Of a stretch of DNA of 64,000 nt, positions 49,785 to 63,933 are shown piece after piece. The stretch spans positions 62,001 through 126,000 of the forward strand of contig NW_021831846.1 in assembly GCF_006345805.1 (NCBI RefSeq), in the 5' to 3' direction. Numbering within the stretch: the stretch's first letter is position 1; each line of letters opens with the position of its first letter. Source of the stretch: Octopus sinensis (Eukaryota). Under the pieces are notes generated by a model. It was given only the letters and a program-made list of their open reading frames with translations. It did not search any database and had not been told where the DNA came from. Made by a program: the position numbers and the translations under genes.

Positions 49785-50580
49785 CACTCTCTCTCTCACA
49801 CTCACTCGCTCTCTCACACACTCACTCACTCTCTCACACACTCACTCACTCTCTCACACACTCACTCACTCTCACACACTCACTCTCACACACTCACTCA
49901 CTCACTCTCACACACTCACTCACTCTCTCTCACACACACTCACTCACTCTCTCTCACACACACTCACTCTCTCTCTCACACACACACTCACTCTCTCTCT
50001 CACACACACACTCACTCTCTCTCACACACACACACTCACTCTCTCTCTCACACACACACTCACTCTCTCTCTCACACACACACTCACTCTCTCTCTCTCT
50101 CACACACACTCACTCTCTCTCTCTCTCCACACACACACTCACTCTCTCTCTCACACACACACTCACTCTCTCTCTCACACACACACTCACTCTCTCTCTC
50201 ACACACACACTCACTCTCTCTCTCACAACACACTCACTCACTCTCTCTCTCACACACACCTCACTCTCTCTCTCTCTCTCACACACTCACTCTCTCTCTC
50301 TCTCTCTCACACACACTCACTCTCTCTCACACACACACTCACTCTCTCTCTCACACACACACTCACTCTCTCTTCACACACACACACTCACTCTCTCTCT
50401 CACACACACACTCACTCTCTCTCTCACACACACACTCACTCTCTCTCTCACACACACACTCACTCTCTCTCTCACACACACACTCACTCTCTCTCACGCA
50501 CTCACTCACTCTCACACACACACTCACTCACTCTCACACACACATACACTCACTCTCTCACTCACACTCTCACACACATT
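49785..50580. repeat. (CA)n/(CT)n compound satellite
   Basis: Visible tract; source of the 308-371 aa spurious ORFs. Confidence 0.95.
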
Positions 50581-51050
50581 CATGCGCATGTGCTCACACA
50601 CACACTTCACATACATACCTCCACTTCGCTCGATCTACTAAGTTTTCTGTAATCAAAGTTTGCAATATGTAAAATATATTGTATATATATTCTGTTTCTT
50701 ACATTACTATACGCGTATTTGTGTGTACAATACTGTAGTGCTGCGTGCGTGTATATAACACGTATACGTTATATGTAGTGTCGTGTACAATCTGTATATA
50801 TGGCCAGCTGGTAGAAACCGTTAGCTCTGACTGAATGTCTACGTGGACACGGTTAAGATGGAAATAAAGCTCTCACCGCTCTTTACATATTCTTTGTCCT
50901 ACATCTTGTCCCATGTCTTTGTATAGAACCGTGTCTCCCTTACATAATTTCAACTGAACTTTGTCGGCAGACTTACAACAAACTTTTTGCCATTTACCAC
51001 GTATATAAAATCTCTGTTGGCATATAATGTGTGTGTGTGTATATAGAGAT

Positions 51051-51090
<40 letters not shown>

Positions 51091-51136
51091 AATTGAGATA
51101 GGGGTTGTAAATGCAACCCTCCATGGGATAACATAT

Positions 51137-51177
<41 letters not shown>

Positions 51178-51934
51178 ACTCATACACTATATACTCAGAC
51201 ATTGTATATATTGTGTATACTTTAATTCTTAGTGTGTATAATGTGTGTACACTCTCACGGACACTGTAAATACACCTTAGACACCACGCACACTGTGTAA
51301 ATACATACTCTTAGACAGTGTATATACACTCACGCACACGCTGTATATACATGTATATATACACAAACTTATGCCTTGAAGGATACCATACCTTAAGTGT
51401 TTTTGGCGATGCATATTACAACTGGAAGTAATGATGCAAAAGATGTAATAGTTTTGGAAAGAAAGTTTTTTTTGTGAAAGAAATTAACCAGTTGGACATT
51501 ATTTATGGAAATCTTTTAAAAAAACACAACAAATTCCATTCCATTAATGGTCTGTGCTTTAATAAAAGTGCTGGAGCTAGCTTCTGCTGAAAGCGAACTT
51601 CCAGCAGCGCCCGTCTCTCTTCTTTTAAAAAATTATTTTTAAGGTTTAATTAGTATTTAATTAATAGACCCGAGGAGGCATGTTTGGTTAATGATATTTA
51701 TTTGGTCCTTTACATACATCCCTCTCAATTTTTCTCCCATTAGTGTGATCACACATGCATATATGTGTATTTATAATTCTATATTTATTGGAAGGTATTG
51801 AAAGCAAGAAGAATACAACTCAATATTTTCTGTTTACAACGAACGCCATTTCTTCAACCATTCTTTTCTCTTTGTCTCCCCCTCCCCCTTTTGTGTGTCT
51901 CTCTTTGTTTTTCCCTCTCTCTCTGTGCCTTTCT

Positions 51935-52122
51935 TTGATGACATTCTCTGTCTCCCTCCACCACTCTCTCTCTCTCTGCCTTTTTTTCTTTGATGACATT
52001 CTCTGTCTCCCTCCACCACTCTCTCTCTCTCTCTGCCTTTCTTTGATGACATTCTCTGTCTCCCCCCCTCTCTCTGCCTTTCTTTCTTTGATGACATTCT
52101 CTGTCTCCCCACCTCTCTCCCC

Positions 52123-52165
<43 letters not shown>
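51935..52165. repeat. Minisatellite tgatgacattctctgtctccc x4 plus (CT)n
   Basis: Core near 51937, 51991, 52043 and 52090. Confidence 0.85.
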
Positions 52166-52167
<2 letters not shown>

Positions 52168-53526
52168 GCCATTTTATCCTAAGTTTCGCATCTGTAAACG
52201 GGATATTGAAATCTTGCGTACATTTCAGACTGTTTATTTTGTTTTTTCGTATATTAAATATATGTATATATAAATATAAGCACGCACTTTCGAAGGCTAA
52301 ACAAAAGTGTCTGTGAGGATTTTTATATAAACACGCGCACCTCAATTTTTTTTTTGTGTATATATAAATAATATATATATATATATATAAAACTGAATTT
52401 GTATTTATTTGAATATACGGCGAAGGACTGCCTAAATATATAGCATAACAACTGTGTATATTTAAATATACAGTTTAACTGTGCGTGTATAAATATTTAA
52501 ATAACAGTGTGACTGAATAACAGCTGAATGTATGTGTTTATATACATGTGTGTGTGTATATGTAATGTCTGACTGGCGGAGTGATTTGATGTAATGTGTG
52601 TAGGCTTCTGCCATCTTTTATCATTTGCCATGCAACGAGCCGAAGTTATCTCATTAACTGGTTCGAATCCAGTTGTGTGACCACCCATTATTAAAAAGAA
52701 AGGAGGGGGAAAAAAAAGAAGAGAGAAGCGTTTGACGACACCCACCCCGCGTCATCACCACAACTGCCCACCACCCCTGATATTGATTAATGGAGTGAAG
52801 AGTCCCAGTTTGTAAGAAGTTACCAAGACACCGTCGAATACACACAAGTAACAAGTGCCTATTAATAACTGTCCATTATCGAAAACTCGGTGTTTGAATC
52901 CGTCTATTTATCATATTTACTAGCAATGACTTCTCTTAATTCTCTCTTTAAATGTTTGTTGGTTTCGATGTTGTAGCAAAAAAAAAAAAAAATTGTGTTT
53001 AACCCCAGGTATTCCCTGAAGGAGCAGGCGCATGATCAAAAACGTTCTCAGTTCGGCAGTGACGTAGCTTTTGGTTTTAATTTTTATTTATATAGTAATT
53101 CGGTCATAGGGCTATATTATCATTTTTTCCCCCCATTTCCTGTATGATTTGGGTGCCGTTTTTACCAAGGCAATCCGAGTATCAACTGCGTTGGTATTGG
53201 GGAACCTGTGAAAGCCATGGACACTTGTAATAGACCAAGCCTAGTGTTTCAAAAGTCGAGCAACTGTGTAGAGGTAACACTTTTGTTCAATTTGTGGGTG
53301 TTTGTCTTAGTAATGAACCAAGTTTTTTTTGGAATTTATATCATAATCTGTGGTGTATTTCTCTTAAGATATTCAGAGATGGAGGGACAGGACCTCTCAT
53401 CAAACGGGTGATGTCGATATTTTGATTTGAACGCCAGTGGGGAAATGTGGGTGGACAAAAGGGAATGAAGAACTTGACAGTGTTCATTGCAGGTTTTTGG
53501 GAGATGAATTGCTGTAAAGGCAACTG

Positions 53527-53930
53527 GGATCTTTTTGGTTTGAACGGCAGTTTTTTCTAGCGGTGTCATATGAAATTGTCACCCATAATTATGACCCTAG
53601 TATCGATCTATTGCATTTCAATCTCTTCTAGGGTTAGGGGTGGTGGGAAGGGTATCTTTTTTTTTCTTAGCAAATGTAAATAAACCCAATCTGTTTCTTA
53701 AACGAAGGACATATTCCTACGGCACTGAATGTTTTCACCTCAATAGACGGTCATTGATTGGTTGAAATTGAAGAAAAAAAAACCCAAATATTTTACAAAC
53801 TATAGAATTTTCTCAATAAAGCCAAGAGAAAAAGATGTTTTATAAACACATTCTATCAGTATACGAAGTTTAAAATTTTTTAGTTACCTAGAAATTATGT
53901 AAAAAACTGCCGTTCAAACCGAAAAGATCT
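53527..53930 (+). mobile_element. 400-bp MITE, copy 5
   Basis: Both TIRs present; perfect TSD GGCAACTG (53519-53526 / 53931-53938). Confidence 0.92.
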
Positions 53931-56929
53931 GGCAACTGAGGTAGGAAGAGGTCTTGCAGATATCTAGTTCCAAGGAGAAATTACATAAAAGGTTGCTCTG
54001 TATGTACCTAAACGGTGCACATAATTTTATCACAAGAAAAAAAAATATTGCACATGATTTGTACAGCTACTATTAAAAAAAATAGAGGGAACAGTTTTTG
54101 AGCTTGTGATTATTGTGTTGGTGAGTGCGAGGGGGTGCCAAAAATTTCTTGGTTTTAAGGGTATCGTGAAAGGCCTAGCTGGAAGCCTAGTCTTCAGTTC
54201 TTTTAGAGGGCTTAGAAAAGTCGGACCACTGCAATAAGTGTGTGAATCTGAGAGGGGAATATGTTGAATAAAATTATAAATAACTGATCCCCCTATATTT
54301 CTTTTACCCAAAGTCAGGAAATTTTGTGCACCCTCTTGTATCGCTTAAGCGGTTATGACTTGGTGTTGTTAGACCAGCGTTTCTCATAGGGATGGGTCTT
54401 TGAGGATTAGAAATGGGGGCAGGTGAATTGTTGTTCTAGTAGAACAGTTTCCAAGATTTTTATTTATTTTGAAACATGTCACAATGCTGTCTCAGAGTGA
54501 AGAAGATATCAAAAAAATTAAAAAGTCTAATTTTTTGGTGGAGCTGGTAGCTGTTGGCCTGAGAACTATTTATCTGGGTGGGATGTGTGTGTGTGTGTGT
54601 GTGGCAATCTTATAGAAGTGTGCAGTAATTAGTGATGGGAGCCAATGTTGAGTAGGTGTTGGAAGTGTTTCTTGGCAATTAAGAATGGTAGTCTATTTTG
54701 AAATTTTCATTATCAGTGGTTGTCATCCTGTATTTCCTTCACCTTCAGAAATTGTGCCTGGGACCACATTGATTTCTTTGTTCTTTTCTAAGATAGCTCT
54801 TGATTTGAGGGAGATCTGGCCTTTTTTTTTTTTTTCTTTTTTTTCTAACAGGTCTAGCAACCACGTTCGGCTTTTAGGTTTTGGTGATTACTATCTTGTT
54901 TTCTCACCACCCCAGCTTGGCATGGATTGGACAGGTTTAATTTCATATTGTGCATTCTGTGAACTAGTCATTTGGGCGTAGTTTTCTAATGGGCCAATCA
55001 CTGGTTTGCAAAAAAAAAAAAAAAAAAAAAAAGGTGTTTTATTTGAATGCACCGGTTTGTCTTTTCTCAGATATCCCTTTGCGTTGTCCATAGGTTGGAT
55101 GTGTGTGTGTGCTCATTTGTAACTATTGCAGGAATTGTTGTGTGGCTGAAGTTTGCTTTGCAACTACATGGTTTTGAGTTCAGTCCCACTGTGACAACAT
55201 GGACTAGTGTCTCCTTAGTTAGTTTCAGTCAGACGAGAGCCATGTCTGAATTTATAAATGGAAAATGAGTGCCATATTTAGATGTTTGTGTGTGTCAATC
55301 TATGTAAATAGGTGTGCATGTGTGCACGTTAATGTCTCTTTGTCTTGACTGATAGTTGTAAATGAGCACCGTTGTCATACATGTGATGTCCTTCATTTCC
55401 GTTTGTCTGTGAAAACATCTGCCCATGGGGGAAATATTACATTACTTGGAAACGGGTGAGGGTTGGCGACAGAATGGCATATGGCTGTAGAGAATCTGCC
55501 TCAGTAAATCTTGTCTGAGCCATGCAAGCATGTAACAGTGGATGCTATAAGGTTATGGATGAATCACTGGTTTCATTAAGTTCATTTGTTTTGCTCAAAT
55601 GAATTAGCATGTAACTGGCTGAGTATTCCACAGATACATGTACTCTTGATGTAATTCTCAGGTGGAATCAGCATGGCACATGCTATATTCAAAGCTGCAC
55701 CTTTCAATTACTGGTATAAACTGTCTGGGTGTTCATAAAGTTTGTCTATTCAGTTTTACTTGCAAGGAATCAGTTGACCTGGGGCTATAGAAAGTGACGT
55801 TCCCAAGATGTCACAGATTGGACTTGAACCTTGTACTTTGTGGAAAAGTAATAATCTTGCTTACCTTAAAAAAATATTTTGTTGGCTTTGTGCCCATGTT
55901 AGAAACAGCCATTATGATTAATGTAATGAGAAGATAGATGTATTAACTGTGGCTTAGTGGTTAGGCTGTTGCATACATGATTGTAAGATTGGGGTTTCGG
56001 TTCCTGGACTGGGTGATGCAGTATGTTCTTGAACAAAACACTCCATTTCACTCACCTGGCAAAAAAAAGTAATCCTATAATGGACTAGTATCCCATCCGA
56101 GAGTGGTGGGGAATAAATACACTATGAAATCTGGGAAACTGGCCTTATGAGCCTGTGGCTCAGGAAGGACCTTTGATCCTTGGATTAATAATCTTATCAA
56201 AATTATTGAAACTTTTCATAAGGTGTGTACTATTGCTTTTGATTCCTTATGGGTTCTGATGTTTAAGAGCACTGTTTATATCCTCATTTTAATACCCACT
56301 TTTCCATACTTCCATAGGTTGGATGAAGTTCATTGACTGTAGAAAATCTGTTTCCAAGCTAACAAATATTTTCTTCATAGCTTGATATGTTTTTGCAGAA
56401 TGTTGGACAAGAATGGCATTAACTGACAACATCTCATATCAAGACAAAGAGTCATACATAGAAACATGATAGGCTTCTTTCAGTTACCATCTTCCACCTC
56501 ACAAGTCTTTGATCAGCCTGGGGCTATAGCTAGATGCCCATGGTGCTGTGCAGTGGGACTGAACTCAAAACAATGCAGTTGGGAAGCAAACTTCTTAACT
56601 ATACAGCCACACTTGTGCCTGTTTATAGTAAGTCTATATATTGGTTTCAAATGTTGGTACAAGGCCAGCAATTTTGGGGAAGTGGGTAAATTGATTTACA
56701 CCAAACCCAGTGTTCAACTGGTACTTATTTTGACCCCAAAATGATGAAAGGCAATGTAGTCCTGAGTGGATTTTGAACTCGAAATGTAATGGATGAAATG
56801 CTGCCAAGCATTTTATCCAGCACTGAAACAGTTCTGCCAACTTGCTGCGTTATGGTAGTCTATATATTATGGTTTGCATGACTGGGATGAGTTGATTTTG
56901 TGTTTTTAACTCTGGTGAAATGTTTACAG

Positions 56930-57220
56930 CATGGGTTCCCAACTGGGGTCCACAGAAGCTTTAAGGGGGTCAACAAGTAAAAAAAAAAATTTTTTGTGCG
57001 TCCATATATAAATTTTGTTTACTAGAAGAGGTACCGGTATTTACTGAAATTTTCCAGATTTATATTTGGAATTTGTTATGAATATAACGATTTTCATTGT
57101 TAGTTTTTACTAACCTACAAACAAACATTTTATTACAAAAGTTTACATGTACATATATGGGGTCCACAGATAAGGTAGCTCTCGTGGAGTCCACAAGCAA
57201 AATAAGGCTGGGAACCCCTG
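56930..57220. mobile_element. hAT-type MITE
   Basis: Ends catgggttcccaac / gctgggaacccctg; perfect 8-bp TSD GTTTACAG (56922-56929 / 57221-57228). Confidence 0.85.
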
Positions 57221-57575
57221 GTTTACAGTGTCGTTGCTCTGTTTCATTCAGTTTAATCTTGGGTGTCTTATTCTTGGCTGTGTCAATAGTATTCTGACTA
57301 GATTTGTAATGCAAACCAATGAAGGGCAATAATGCTTTCATCTAATGGGGCCCACTGTTTCTTGTACAGTTGTTTTGAAGTGATATGGATGAGTGGCTAG
57401 CATATTGTATTACCTACTCATGGGGCATGAATTGAAATCTGAGCACCTGATTATGAGGGGGCAGGGTACTATCTACATTGCTTCAGTTTTTATCTAGCTG
57501 TTAAAAATAGGCAACAGGTTTTTTGAGATACTTGATATACTGCAATTCTAGTCAATGAATAGACAAGTGTGGTAT

Positions 57576-57966
57576 ACTCTTTTACTTGTTTCAGTCATTT
57601 GACTGCGGCCATGCTGGAGCACCGCCTTTAGTCGAGCAAATCGACCCCAGGACTTATTCTTTGTAAGCCCAGTACTTATTCTATCGGTCTCTTTTTGCCG
57701 AACCGCTAAGTAATGGAGACGTAAACACACCAGCATCGGTTGTCAAGCAATGCTAGGGGACAAAAACACACACACACACACACACATACATACATATATA
57801 CGACAGGCTTCTTTCAGTTTCCGTCTACCAAATCCACTCACAAGGCATTGGTCGGCCTGGGGCTATAGCAGAAGACACTTGCTCAAGATTCCACGCAGTG
57901 GGACTGAACCCGGAACCATGTGGTTGGTTAGCAAGCTACTTACCACACAGCCACTCCTACGCCTAT
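57576..57966 (-). mobile_element. SINE-A, young subfamily
   Basis: Full-length match to the family consensus. Confidence 0.95.
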
Positions 57967-59124
57967 ATGGTATGTGGTAAGAAGTTTGCTTCTTGATCAC
58001 TCAGTTCCAGGTTCAGTTTCGCTGTGTGGCATGCCTTGGGCATGTGGCCTCCACTGTTGTCCTCGACTGAGCAAAGCCATGCGAGTGGATTTGGTAGGCA
58101 GAAAAAGAAGAAAAAAAAAGTGCTATTGTCTCCTTACTTTGATTTTGTGTGATTGTTGGAAATTAGTGTCGTCATACAAGCAGTTACCTTCATTTTCTAT
58201 CTTTGAAGGCATCTGGTCTTACTTGGAAACGGGTGAGGGTTGGCAACAGGAAGGGCATCCAACCATGGGAATTCTGCCTCAGTAAATTCTGTCCAACCCA
58301 TATGGTTATTGGAAAAGTGGATGTTAAAACGATTATGGATGAGTTATCTTTCACATCAAGCCATAAAACTAAAACTGAGCATCCTCTTTCAAAGGTCTCT
58401 TAGAGCTAAAGAGGAGACAGCTCCTGTCCTCTGCATTTCTTCTTGTATGTGCATAGAATGGAACATTCTATGCACATACTGGTTGAGTATACTATGATCT
58501 TGCCACTTTCTCCAACATTTCTCCATCGACATTGTGTAACTTCAGTAAGTCTGATAGATTTTGCTCGAGCAGATGGAGAGCAAGAAGAGGTAGTCAATTG
58601 TTTGTACTTTGAGGGACATAGAGGCTAAATATCTGCTATGCAGTGATTAGACGTGTATGTGCAAAAGGTTAGTCAAAAATCTTGTCGGATTGAAGACCCT
58701 TGCAGTAATAGTGGCTTAAACAGAAACGGCTTTTTTTTACAGATTACTGTAGGTAACTTGACAGCACAGCTTGATATTAAGTTAAATCAGTATATGTACT
58801 TAAAACAACAGATCAAAATGATCAAAACAATGTGTAAATATGACATTTATGGACACATTTTTATATTGATGTTAGTATTACATATGTTGGCAGTGTTCCT
58901 GTAAGACAGTACTGCAGGGGCCGCATTGGTCAGCCAGTTTTGAAATGTGTTTCACAAGAAATGCATTAAATTCTATATTCAGTTTGAATATAGTTTGAGG
59001 AATTATCTAATGTAAGAGAGAGAAATAATGCTAATCCCCTTCCTTCTAGCATTCATCTGTTCTCTAATGGAGTCATTAGAGAACTTTTTTGGTTTAGAAA
59101 ATTTATAAGATGGTTGAATATATA

Positions 59125-59514
59125 CTCTCTTTACTCTCTTATACTTGTTTGTCATTTGACTGCGGCCATGCTGGAGCACCGCCTTTAATCGAGCAACTCG
59201 ACCCCGGGACTTATTCTTTTGTAAGCCCAGTACTTATTCTATCGGTTTCTTTTGTCAAACCGCTAAGTGACGGGGACGTAAACACACCAGCATCGGTTGT
59301 CAAGCAATGCTAGGGGACAAACACACACACGCATATATATATACATATACATATATACGACGGGCTTCTTTCAGTTTCCGTCTACCAAATCCACTCACAA
59401 GGCTTTGGTTGGCCCGAGGCTATAGTAGAAGACACTTACTCAAGGTGCCACACAGTGGGACTGAACCCGGAACCATGTGGTTGGTAGACAAGCTACTTAC
59501 CACACAGCCACTCT
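59125..59514 (-). mobile_element. SINE-A
   Basis: Full-length match to the family consensus. Confidence 0.93.
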
Positions 59515-59563
59515 TGCTGTACTAGCTATATTTGGTCCAAATATTCTACTGGTCTTTGTTTAA

Positions 59564-59765
59564 CCCTTTTGTTACTAAATTAATTTTGAGATGCTCTGTG
59601 TTTGTTTCAATTACTTTAAATATAACAAAGAATTTAATAAAATAACTTAGTTATCTTTCAGCTGGTGTTAGGAACATAAATTGTGACTAAGGTTTGGTGG
59701 AAGATTTTAATCCAAAACTTACGAAAACAAGACACTTGTACTCAGCTGGGTTGGTAACGAAAGGG
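59564..59765. mobile_element. piggyBac-like MITE nested in another piggyBac-like MITE
   Basis: TTAA(59560)-CCCTTTTGTTAC...GTAACGAAAGGG-TTAA(59766); the host resumes actggcc...gctaaagggttaa. Confidence 0.8.
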
Positions 59766-60005
59766 TTAAACTGGCCTGGCCTCTCACCTACCTTTATGTC
59801 ATTTAAAAAATAAACTCATCAAAACCTTGAATGCCACAGGATAATGCATGATTAATTGAATGCAATGAATAAGCTTTACAGTGTAATCTCTATGCTAAAG
59901 GGTTAAATTAGAAATAATTGTGGTTGGAAGAGAAAGAAAAAGATTGCTTATTTAGTTTCCAGGCAAATACAAGAAGAGACAACTTGCAACAATACTATCA
60001 TACAT

Positions 60006-60261
60006 GCCTTGTGAGTGGATTTGGTAGACGGAAACTGAAAGAATCCTGTCGTATATATGTATGTGTGTGTGTGTTTCTGTGTTTGTCCCCCTAGCATTGC
60101 TTGACAACCGATGCTGGTGTGTTTACGTCCCCATCACTTAGCGGTTCGGCAAAAGAGACCGATAGAATAAGTACTGGGCTTACAGAGAATAAGTCCCGGG
60201 GTCGATTAAAGGCGGTGCTCCAGCATGGCCGCAGTCAAATGACTGAAACAAGTAAAAGAGT
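60006..60261 (+). mobile_element. SINE-A, 5'-truncated
   Basis: gccttgtgagtggatttggtagacgg...gaaacaagtaaaagagt. Confidence 0.92.
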
Positions 60262-63200
60262 AATACATAATATTCTAAGTTGAAATAGTGATGAAAGATG
60301 TACTGTATAAATGTATAATATTGTACATTGTATGCTGTAGGAGGATGCAACTGTTTAAAGAATAATTGATGCCATCTGCATGAAAAAAAATCCTTGTGGA
60401 TTGAAAGTGGTTTGTGTGTGTGTGTGTTGGCTTCTTGTTTTGACATAGCTTGATTGAATGTCATTTCCAATATTGTGAAAATATTACCTTGTTTGAAAAC
60501 TAGTAAAGGCTGCTGACAAGAAGGGCATCTGGCCATAGTAAATCTGCCTTGAACTCTGACTTATGCAAGCATGGAGAAGTGGACATTAAAATATAAGTAA
60601 GATATAATCTCAAGTTGGCAATAATTAGGTTTATTATGAATGGTATGAGGCTTGAGGTAGGCATTGTTAGCATACTAAATCACTAATTTTAGATTTGCTA
60701 ATTTAAGTAGTTACATTTTTTATTTCTTAAATAACACCCTCACCCAAGCCTGTTTTGACTCTTATTTTCCTGTCATCCTTATTGCTACCCTTCTCACCTA
60801 ACCGTAAACTAAACGCTAATCCAAAATTATTTAGCGTCTGCTTTCCATGCTGGCATGGGTTGGACAGTTTGTCTGGAGCTGGGGAGCTGAAACAGGTTCG
60901 AGTCTGATTTGGTATGGTTTCTATGGCTGGATGCCCTTCCTAACAGCAATCACTCCAAGAGTGTAGTGGATGCTTTTTACACACCACCAGCATGACTAAA
61001 AACGTGGCAGTGTCTATGGTGTTGCTTGATGTGTTAGAAATACCAGCCAAATCTCTAGATACAGTTTTCTTTGGAAAAGAGGACATGTTAATGTAGTTTT
61101 AGATAAATTTTATCTTGGTTGTAGTTGGGATGTTTTCTAGGATTGATTTTTATCTGCTGCATCGGTGCTAACCTGGGGTTGAACAACTACCTTCAGAAAC
61201 TCTGTCCCAGCCCATGCTTCCCTTACAAGGCATGAAGGCCTGGAATGGCTAAAGAACATTGATCTTCTTCTTTTGACTAATTAAACTGTATTGCACAAGC
61301 TCAGAACTTTCCTCTTAATCTAATGACATTGTAAAAAAACCAATGTCTTAACCTGTTGGAACAAGACTAAAATTGACATGACCTCTAATCCTATTTTCAG
61401 CAAATATATTTACTTGAAAGTTATTGATTTGTTTTGGCTAGAAAACGGGGTTGAACTTTCTATAAGCAATCAAATTGATTTCAGTGTACTACAAATACTT
61501 TTTTTACCAATACTGAAAGTTTTATCTCTTAGTAGTGAGGTACTGAAATTATTTACTGTAATAGCTATAGGAATGGCTGTGTGGTTAAGAGGCTTGTTTC
61601 TCAACCACATGGTCTTGGGTTCACTGCCCACAGCAGTGTGGGCAAGTGTTTTCTACTGTAGCCCTAAACCAGCAAAAGTCTTATGAGTAGATTTGGTAGA
61701 TGGAAACTGAAAAAAGCTCATATTTGTGTTTGTGTATGCCCTTGTCTTAATCATGTAATGATTGTAAATAAGCATCTGTCATACAAGTGTTGTGGTTTCC
61801 AATCTTCCATGAGAAACATCTGGCCATAGGAAAACAGGTAATGGTTGGTGGCTGGGCATCTGACTAGAAATTCTGTCTGATCCATGCAAGCATGGAAAAA
61901 TAGATTTGAATAGTTTGGCATTTAAACTGGCCATATCCAGCTTAAATATCCTGTTTCATGTTCAAACCAGCCAGATCTGGCCTTACACACATTCCCTGCA
62001 GTGTCATTCTAAAAATTAGCAATCACATCATCAAAATTTCAAAGCTGAGATTTTTACCCAATTAATTCCACACAATGTGAATAAATGAGTATTACATTTG
62101 ACAAGAGTAATCTGAATGCTAAAGGCTTAAATGAGAAATATCAAGTCTGGTGTTTTGACTTGAACATCTCAATGTTGTTAATACTGAGACTAAATAGTTC
62201 TAGTTGAAAAGTTTAAAACCATTTTGATGGCTTCTCTGTCTGCAACTGGTTTAATGTTTTCAAGAGATTCTTTTGGCATTCTTGAATATTTTTTATTCTT
62301 TTTTAAAACTATTTGGGACAGTTTTTACTCAGTTTTATGAAATGATGCATGATTAATAATTCAAAAATGTGAATAAACTTTACATTTGATAGTGTGTAAT
62401 CTGAGAATGGCCTGATTGTTGTCTACGTTTGCCTCCCTCCCTTATATACACACCTCTCTGCTTTTTTGCATGTATACACCATGTATATATTTACAACTAC
62501 TAGATCACTAAATTTAAACTGGCCATATCTTCCATGAATATTCTACCTGTTTTTTTAATGTTAAAGCTGGCCAGATCTGGCATCTTGTGCCTACCCTAAT
62601 ATGTTTTTTTAAAAATAAACAATCATGTCATCAAAATCTTGAAGGTATGAGATAATGCATGATTAATTCAAAACAATGTGAATCGATAAACATTGTATTT
62701 GATGGAGTAATCTGACCGCTAACAAATCATCTGATTGATGTCTATACTCCCCCCCCGCCCTTCCCACTCACAAAAGGAGCAGAGGTGTATGTATATACCA
62801 TGTCCCCTCACACTGCACCTTACATACTCTCTTCAATTGCTGGCACTGCATGATTATCTGCCTTCATTCACAAAAAGGGTTGTTCCTTTTTTTTACCCTT
62901 CTATACTACAAGAAATGTCAAATCACCTATTGCAATTTCCACCCTTTTGACACCATCCTGCGTGGGACTACCCATGATCTTATGATACAAATATCCTGCT
63001 CGAGTATTTTGTATGTTTTGTGTTCAAACTGGCCGATTCTGGCCTCGTACCTATCCTACACTGTCTTTCTAGAAATATGCAGTCACATTACTGAAATCTT
63101 GAAGTTACAAGATCATGATTTAATTCAAAGCAATGTGAATAATTGACATGGTTATCTGAATGCTAAACATTTTAATTATAACATTCCATCAAGACACCAT

Positions 63201-63933
63201 ATGTATGTTCCAAACACCAGCTTAATGAATGAGTTATTTTACTAATTTTTTAATCAAAATTAATTGAGACGAAGCAGTACATTTCTGTATAAATTTGATA
63301 AAATGTGTTACTCAGTATTACACTCACCGCCTTCGTATTACTAGTTGGAGGTGCTCGACCACCGAGACTAGTAATTGGGGTAGAGGTGCTTGACCACCAA
63401 GACCAGTCAACTGGGGGAAGAATTCTCTATATGGTCACTCAACATGCTAGAAACAGTAATCAAATTCCTTCAAATCATTCCTTACAGTTTTGAAAATAGG
63501 GAAGATTCACTAGCCAATATGGTCCAACATGTCCATTTATTTCAGTCATTGGACTGTGGTCATGCTGGTGCACCTTGAAGGGCCTCATAGAATCCACTCT
63601 GTACTTAAATCTGGTACTTATTGTTTCTTTCTGCCAAATCAGTTACAATGATGTAAATACTCTTAACATGTTGTCAGTTTCTCTCTTACGACAGGCTTTT
63701 TGCAGTTTCCAATTACAAATTTACTCACAAGGCAGAAGTTAGCCTAAGGCTATTGTAGAAGATACTTGCTTAAGATGCTACATAGTGGTTAAGTTTGTTA
63801 CTTAACAATGTAATTGCGTAGTGAACTAAAAACTTCATAGCGGTACCTGCACCAATATATATGTGATGATCATGGTTGGAATGGCCTTCCATGATAGACA
63901 AGCTTGATCAAGACTGACCTAAAACTATAGATA

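Noticed and set aside
49537-50672. Long ORFs of 308-371 aa
   Set aside because: They are translations of a CA/CT satellite (S/L/T/H only), open in all three frames.
54067-54126. 54-nt open exon ending TTG|GTGAGT
   Set aside because: Poor pyrimidine tract and no recognisable peptide; expected by chance at this scale.
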